Shown here in pieces: positions 62,201-64,000 of a DNA stretch of 64,000 nucleotides (positions within the stretch are counted from its first letter, which is position 1; each line of letters opens with the position of its first letter). Origin of the DNA: Clostridia bacterium (GTDB lineage: Bacteria; Bacillota; Clostridia; UMGS1883; UMGS1540); contig JAZNQN010000073.1 in NCBI GenBank assembly GCA_045590195.1, positions 1,098 through 65,097 of the forward strand, written 5' to 3'. The notes under the pieces are model-generated. The model did not search any database. It worked only from the letters and a program-made list of their open reading frames with translations, and had not been told where the DNA came from. The translations under genes and the position numbers were made by a program.

Positions 62201-62804
62201 CGGTATGATAAAGCTTGCCGTCAAAATCTTTTAAAACAGTTAAATTTGCACCTGCATAAATACTGTCAATATTCGAAAATGCATCTACCGATTCTGCTGA
62301 TGTAGTGCCACTTCCGAAACAGTTCCCATCATAGTCAACAGCAACAATATGTTTTTTACCACATGCAATTTTTTTAATGTTCTGCCAGTTGCTTGTATCT
62401 ATGCTGCCACTGTCACCTGCAATAAAAACATTTCCGTTTGTGTCAAGAGCAGCAATAAAATTGTCGCCGGCAGCTATTTGTGTTATGTTTTCAAACTCTG
62501 ATGTATCTATTTCCGAGCCATCTTCACATTTTCCTGCAACAACCACCTTGCCATTATCAAGCAAAGCAGCAGAAAAATATTTACCAGCGCATACTGCAAC
62601 TGCATTTTTCCAGCCGTATGTCATCAACTGACCATATGTATTGTCTCCTGCTGAAAAAACTCTTCCGTATTGATTAAGTGCAACTATGCTGCTATGCCCT
62701 GCATTAACCATAACATCTACAGGTGCCATAACTTCTGCTGAAGCATTCGGAATGCAAAACACAATTAAAAGTATTAAACTTAAAAAAATTGCCGTTTTTT
62801 TCAT
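59298..62804 (-). CDS. Large secreted RCC1-repeat (beta-propeller) protein with seven C-terminal tandem ~78-aa modules
   Basis: The start is at MKKTAIFLSL (RBS AGGAGG) with signal peptide ...IPNASA. RCC1-like blades include GDNTYGQL, GDNFIAALDTNGNVFIAG, GKKHIVAVDYDGNCFGSG, GQNHIVGLKADGTCVSAG and GNNYTIGLDYDGVCH. No recognisable wall anchor. Confidence 0.7.
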   Translation of the reverse strand: MKKTAIFLSLILLIVFCIPNASAEVMAPVDVMVNAGHSSIVALNQYGRVFSAGDNTYGQLMTYGWKNAVAVCAGKYFSAALLDNGKVVVAGKCEDGSEIDTSEFENITQIAAGDNFIAALDTNGNVFIAGDSGSIDTSNWQNIKKIACGKKHIVAVDYDGNCFGSGTTSAESVDAFSNIDSIYAGANLTVLKDFDGKLYHTGLGVYTKDADGAETGSEWLCGSWEEDIKDIKIIPGVNDVGVVVAITHDDKIITDGTYIGLDVEWSQEFVDELIAFEDVKDVTIFKYRNNYFATIVKSDLSVQHIMNETAINEFTETLDTFDLEMVPLNYEVSLPQIVTGPRTIGVLLPDRSVATIGKTSLEDFKGAKNLSVTKSYSSAYEISDYFLGVTNDGTVLTNLQEAEKTEAGIDTWKGVEKAESYYWLIDPDTTDVTGKDNRLIGALRWDKRLYSSYDSSKNVKSYKNIVDIAGGKFFTAALDEEGKVYVESYNTATDLSDVSAWTGIVKIFAGQNHIVGLKADGTCVSAGKNTKGVYFSGDLSSWTNIKEVACGNNYTIGLDYDGVCHYASYSSGKAYTAQKAAVDAWGEVDAIYGSDMYALAHKKDGTFAYAYVGTNQSKFEIPLINNAYYKDNLFHIYQIDGNKATIEHYSDRDIDAYISYFDDGNPVGFEKAILEGTESFTKTEFSNDDATECFLSIGEPTATKLNFYIEGLEGEGNTAEISYCANSETDLYITYLDTFGEAVDFKKVTLPVSEKFTSVTYTGNKNATSYVACFGEPVAEKLGFYMSTAVSGEDNLTEIEYCSAEDTQAYISYFDTFGNAIGFEKVLLKASEKLTMAECKGEMRAATYRIAIGFYMSTPVEGEGNLAEIEYCSEKDTQAYISYFDTFGNAIGFEKVLLKASEKLTTAECKGETRAATHRIAIGTPTAAKLGFYMEEESTGSGNEVSINYCSDKNINMYISFFDASGNPIDFSKVTLDTSETLTNQVYESKKAAATYKIAIGTPTAEKLGFYMEEESTGEGNTVSLNYCSDKNINMYISFFDASGNPIDFSKVTLDTSETLTNQVYESKKAAATYKVAIGTPTAEKLGFYMEESVENGTVTINYCADEARRVFVAFYDDENIMRDVKARRFEESSEMKTVNYSCSKATNYKLFIWDGVTPLYEAKGTLK
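59301..60875 (-). repeat. In-frame tandem repeat region encoding seven ~70-78-aa modules
   Basis: Module pattern: x-[IL]-x-Y-C-x5-Y-I-[ST]-[YF]-[FL]-D-x2-G-x3-F-x-K-[VA]...A-[IV]-G-T-P-T-A-x-K-L-G-F-Y-M. DNA copies at 59586-59716 and 59820-59950 are identical over 131 nt. Copies at 60102-60180 and 60312-60390 are identical over 79 nt. Confidence 0.85.
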
Positions 62805-62869
62805 ACTTCCTCCTATAAATTCCAAAAATCGGCAACACAAAGGTATGTGCTGCCGATATTCTGAAAGTT

Positions 62870-63571
62870 TTATCTATATCCGTAATAATCGTATTTATAG
62901 TACTTATATCCTCTTGTTTTTCTGGTAATATTGTTCATTATAATTCCCAAAATTTTTGCCCCTGCATTTTTAAGGTTCGTAGTAGAAGTTTCTACATCTG
63001 AATAAGTTACTCCTCCGGCTGATACCACAAGCATTGTAGCATCTGCCATTCTCGAAATAATTCCGGCATCTGCCAATGCAACTGCAGGTGGCGAGTCGAA
63101 AATAATAAGATCGAACATATCTTTAAGTTTTTCCACTGCTGCTGCAAGCTTATCAGAAGATAAAAGCTCTGCAGGATTCATTGGTTGCTGACCACATGGA
63201 ATTGCATATAAATTTTCAACATCAGTGGGCATAATTACTTCTTCCAGAGAATTTTTTTCAAGGAACAACGAAGTAATCCCCTTGTCTTTATTGTCAAGAG
63301 AAAGAATTTTGTGTACCACCGGTCTTCTTAAATCCAAATCGATTATAAGGGTTTTAGTGCCGCCGAGAGCAAATATTTTGCCCAGGTTGGTAACTGTTGT
63401 AGATTTACCTTCACCAAGAAGCGAGCTGGTAATCAAAACAGTTTTAATGGGGTTAACAGAATTTGAAAATTCAATGTTTGTTCTTAAAACCCTGTAAGCT
63501 TCCGCTATAGGTGAATCTGAAGAAAACTCAGCATATTTTCTTTCGTTGTGTTTTTTTTCTCGGTTTATCAT
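62870..63571 (-). CDS. CpsD/CapB family bacterial tyrosine kinase (BY-kinase)
   Basis: 233 aa. Walker A SSLLGEGKST, Walker A' LIIDLDLRRP, Walker B LIIFDSPP, and a C-terminal Tyr cluster RGYKYYKYDYYGYR. Confidence 0.9.
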   Translation of the reverse strand: MINREKKHNERKYAEFSSDSPIAEAYRVLRTNIEFSNSVNPIKTVLITSSLLGEGKSTTVTNLGKIFALGGTKTLIIDLDLRRPVVHKILSLDNKDKGITSLFLEKNSLEEVIMPTDVENLYAIPCGQQPMNPAELLSSDKLAAAVEKLKDMFDLIIFDSPPAVALADAGIISRMADATMLVVSAGGVTYSDVETSTTNLKNAGAKILGIIMNNITRKTRGYKYYKYDYYGYR

Positions 63572-63591
63572 AGAAATATCACTTATTCCTC

Positions 63592-64000
63592 TTAATATTT
63601 TCTTTTTTCATAATCGTCATAAGTATCATGGCGAGGTATCATACCTATAATAGGAATGTCAAACCTTTCGCTGTAATCCTCTGGTCCTTTTACTTTATTA
63701 TCAAAAATTTCAAAAAGCAAAATTACCATAAGATCAAGGAACAGTGCAGCAACTATCGCCAAAACATAATACACATAAACATTACCCTTTTGTGGTACCG
63801 TAGGCGTTGCAGCATAGTCAACTACTTTAATATTGTTCTTGCTTATAATGTCTTCAACTTCACCAATCATAACATTGGTAATCTCATCCGCAATAGTAGC
63901 TGCAACGAACGGGTTTCCGTGCTTAACCGACAATTTAAAAATTCTCGTATCGGGATATTCATTAACTGAAATATTAGCAGGATTTATGCTTACTTTTGGA
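63592..64000 (-). CDS. Wzz/CpsC-type polysaccharide chain-length determinant (C-terminal part; the 5' end is outside the window)
   Basis: The reading frame stays open upstream of the ORF-track TTG to the window edge (...INPANISVNEYPDTRIFKLSVKHGNP...). It has a C-terminal TM helix (YYVLAIVAALFLDLMVILLF) and sits immediately upstream of the BY-kinase. Confidence 0.7.
   Translation of the reverse strand, partial: PKVSINPANISVNEYPDTRIFKLSVKHGNPFVAATIADEITNVMIGEVEDIISKNNIKVVDYAATPTVPQKGNVYVYYVLAIVAALFLDLMVILLFEIFDNKVKGPEDYSERFDIPIIGMIPRHDTYDDYEKRKY

Noticed and set aside
1-64000. tRNA, rRNA, CRISPR arrays, transposases, and riboswitch-like leaders (TPP, T-box, hammerhead CUGAUGA cores)
   Set aside because: I scanned the intergenic gaps by eye. 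There are no tRNA T-loop/acceptor patterns, no rRNA, and no regularly spaced repeats with unique spacers. The few CTGATGA or CTGAGA strings lie inside coding regions or lack the rest of the consensus.

Overview
This is a 64-kb chromosomal window from a low-GC, spore-forming anaerobic Firmicute. It looks Clostridia-like: spoIVA, a sleB-like gene, a possible ytxC, thyX, a four-subunit 2-oxoacid:ferredoxin oxidoreductase and HU are present. Roughly 60 genes are packed tightly, mostly on the minus strand.

Main blocks:
- 1-6.4 kb: an intracellular carbohydrate and amino-sugar de-acetylation cluster (CN-hydrolase, esterase, AT3 acyltransferase, CE2-like SGNH esterase, NagB-like protein, LmbE/PIG-L deacetylase).
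- 6.5-24 kb: cell-envelope polysaccharide genes (CapD-type dehydratase, MurJ-like flippase, DUF5693-like protein, Wzy_C ligase, DUF4330-like protein), tsaD, and a GH20-ROK-DegT-Gfo/Idh/MocA group.
- 24-31 kb: gdhA, ybaK, spoIVA and a MurT-like ligase.
- 31-39.7 kb: a long co-directional run, tagA-like, thyX, tmk, DUF2156, GNAT, then an ORF-free ~0.65-kb structured RNA, a 4-TM protein, dxs, tlyA and hemolysin III. I interpret the RNA as OLE and the 4-TM protein as OapA.
- 41.2-43.3 kb: a small integrase-less phage/ICE-type regulatory module (XRE plus ImmA/IrrE, divergent from a replication-like and a sigma-like gene).
- 45-57 kb: hup, rpmF-yceD, a MATE transporter, pgk-tpiA-gpmI and the oxidoreductase operon.
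- 58-64 kb: dprA, a 1168-aa secreted RCC1-repeat protein ending in seven tandem ~78-aa modules, and the start of a capsule locus (BY-kinase, Wzz).

The OLE RNA locus is the most notable non-coding content. Next is a family of hairpin-rich intergenic elements: three copies share invariant 20-nt arms, and one of them carries a 213-nt structured insert between tpiA and gpmI. Three other intergenic gaps contain nested inverted-repeat arrays.

I saw no rRNA, tRNA, CRISPR array, transposase or integrase. All family assignments come from motif recognition by eye. RNA and repeat boundaries are approximate, and no database search was run.
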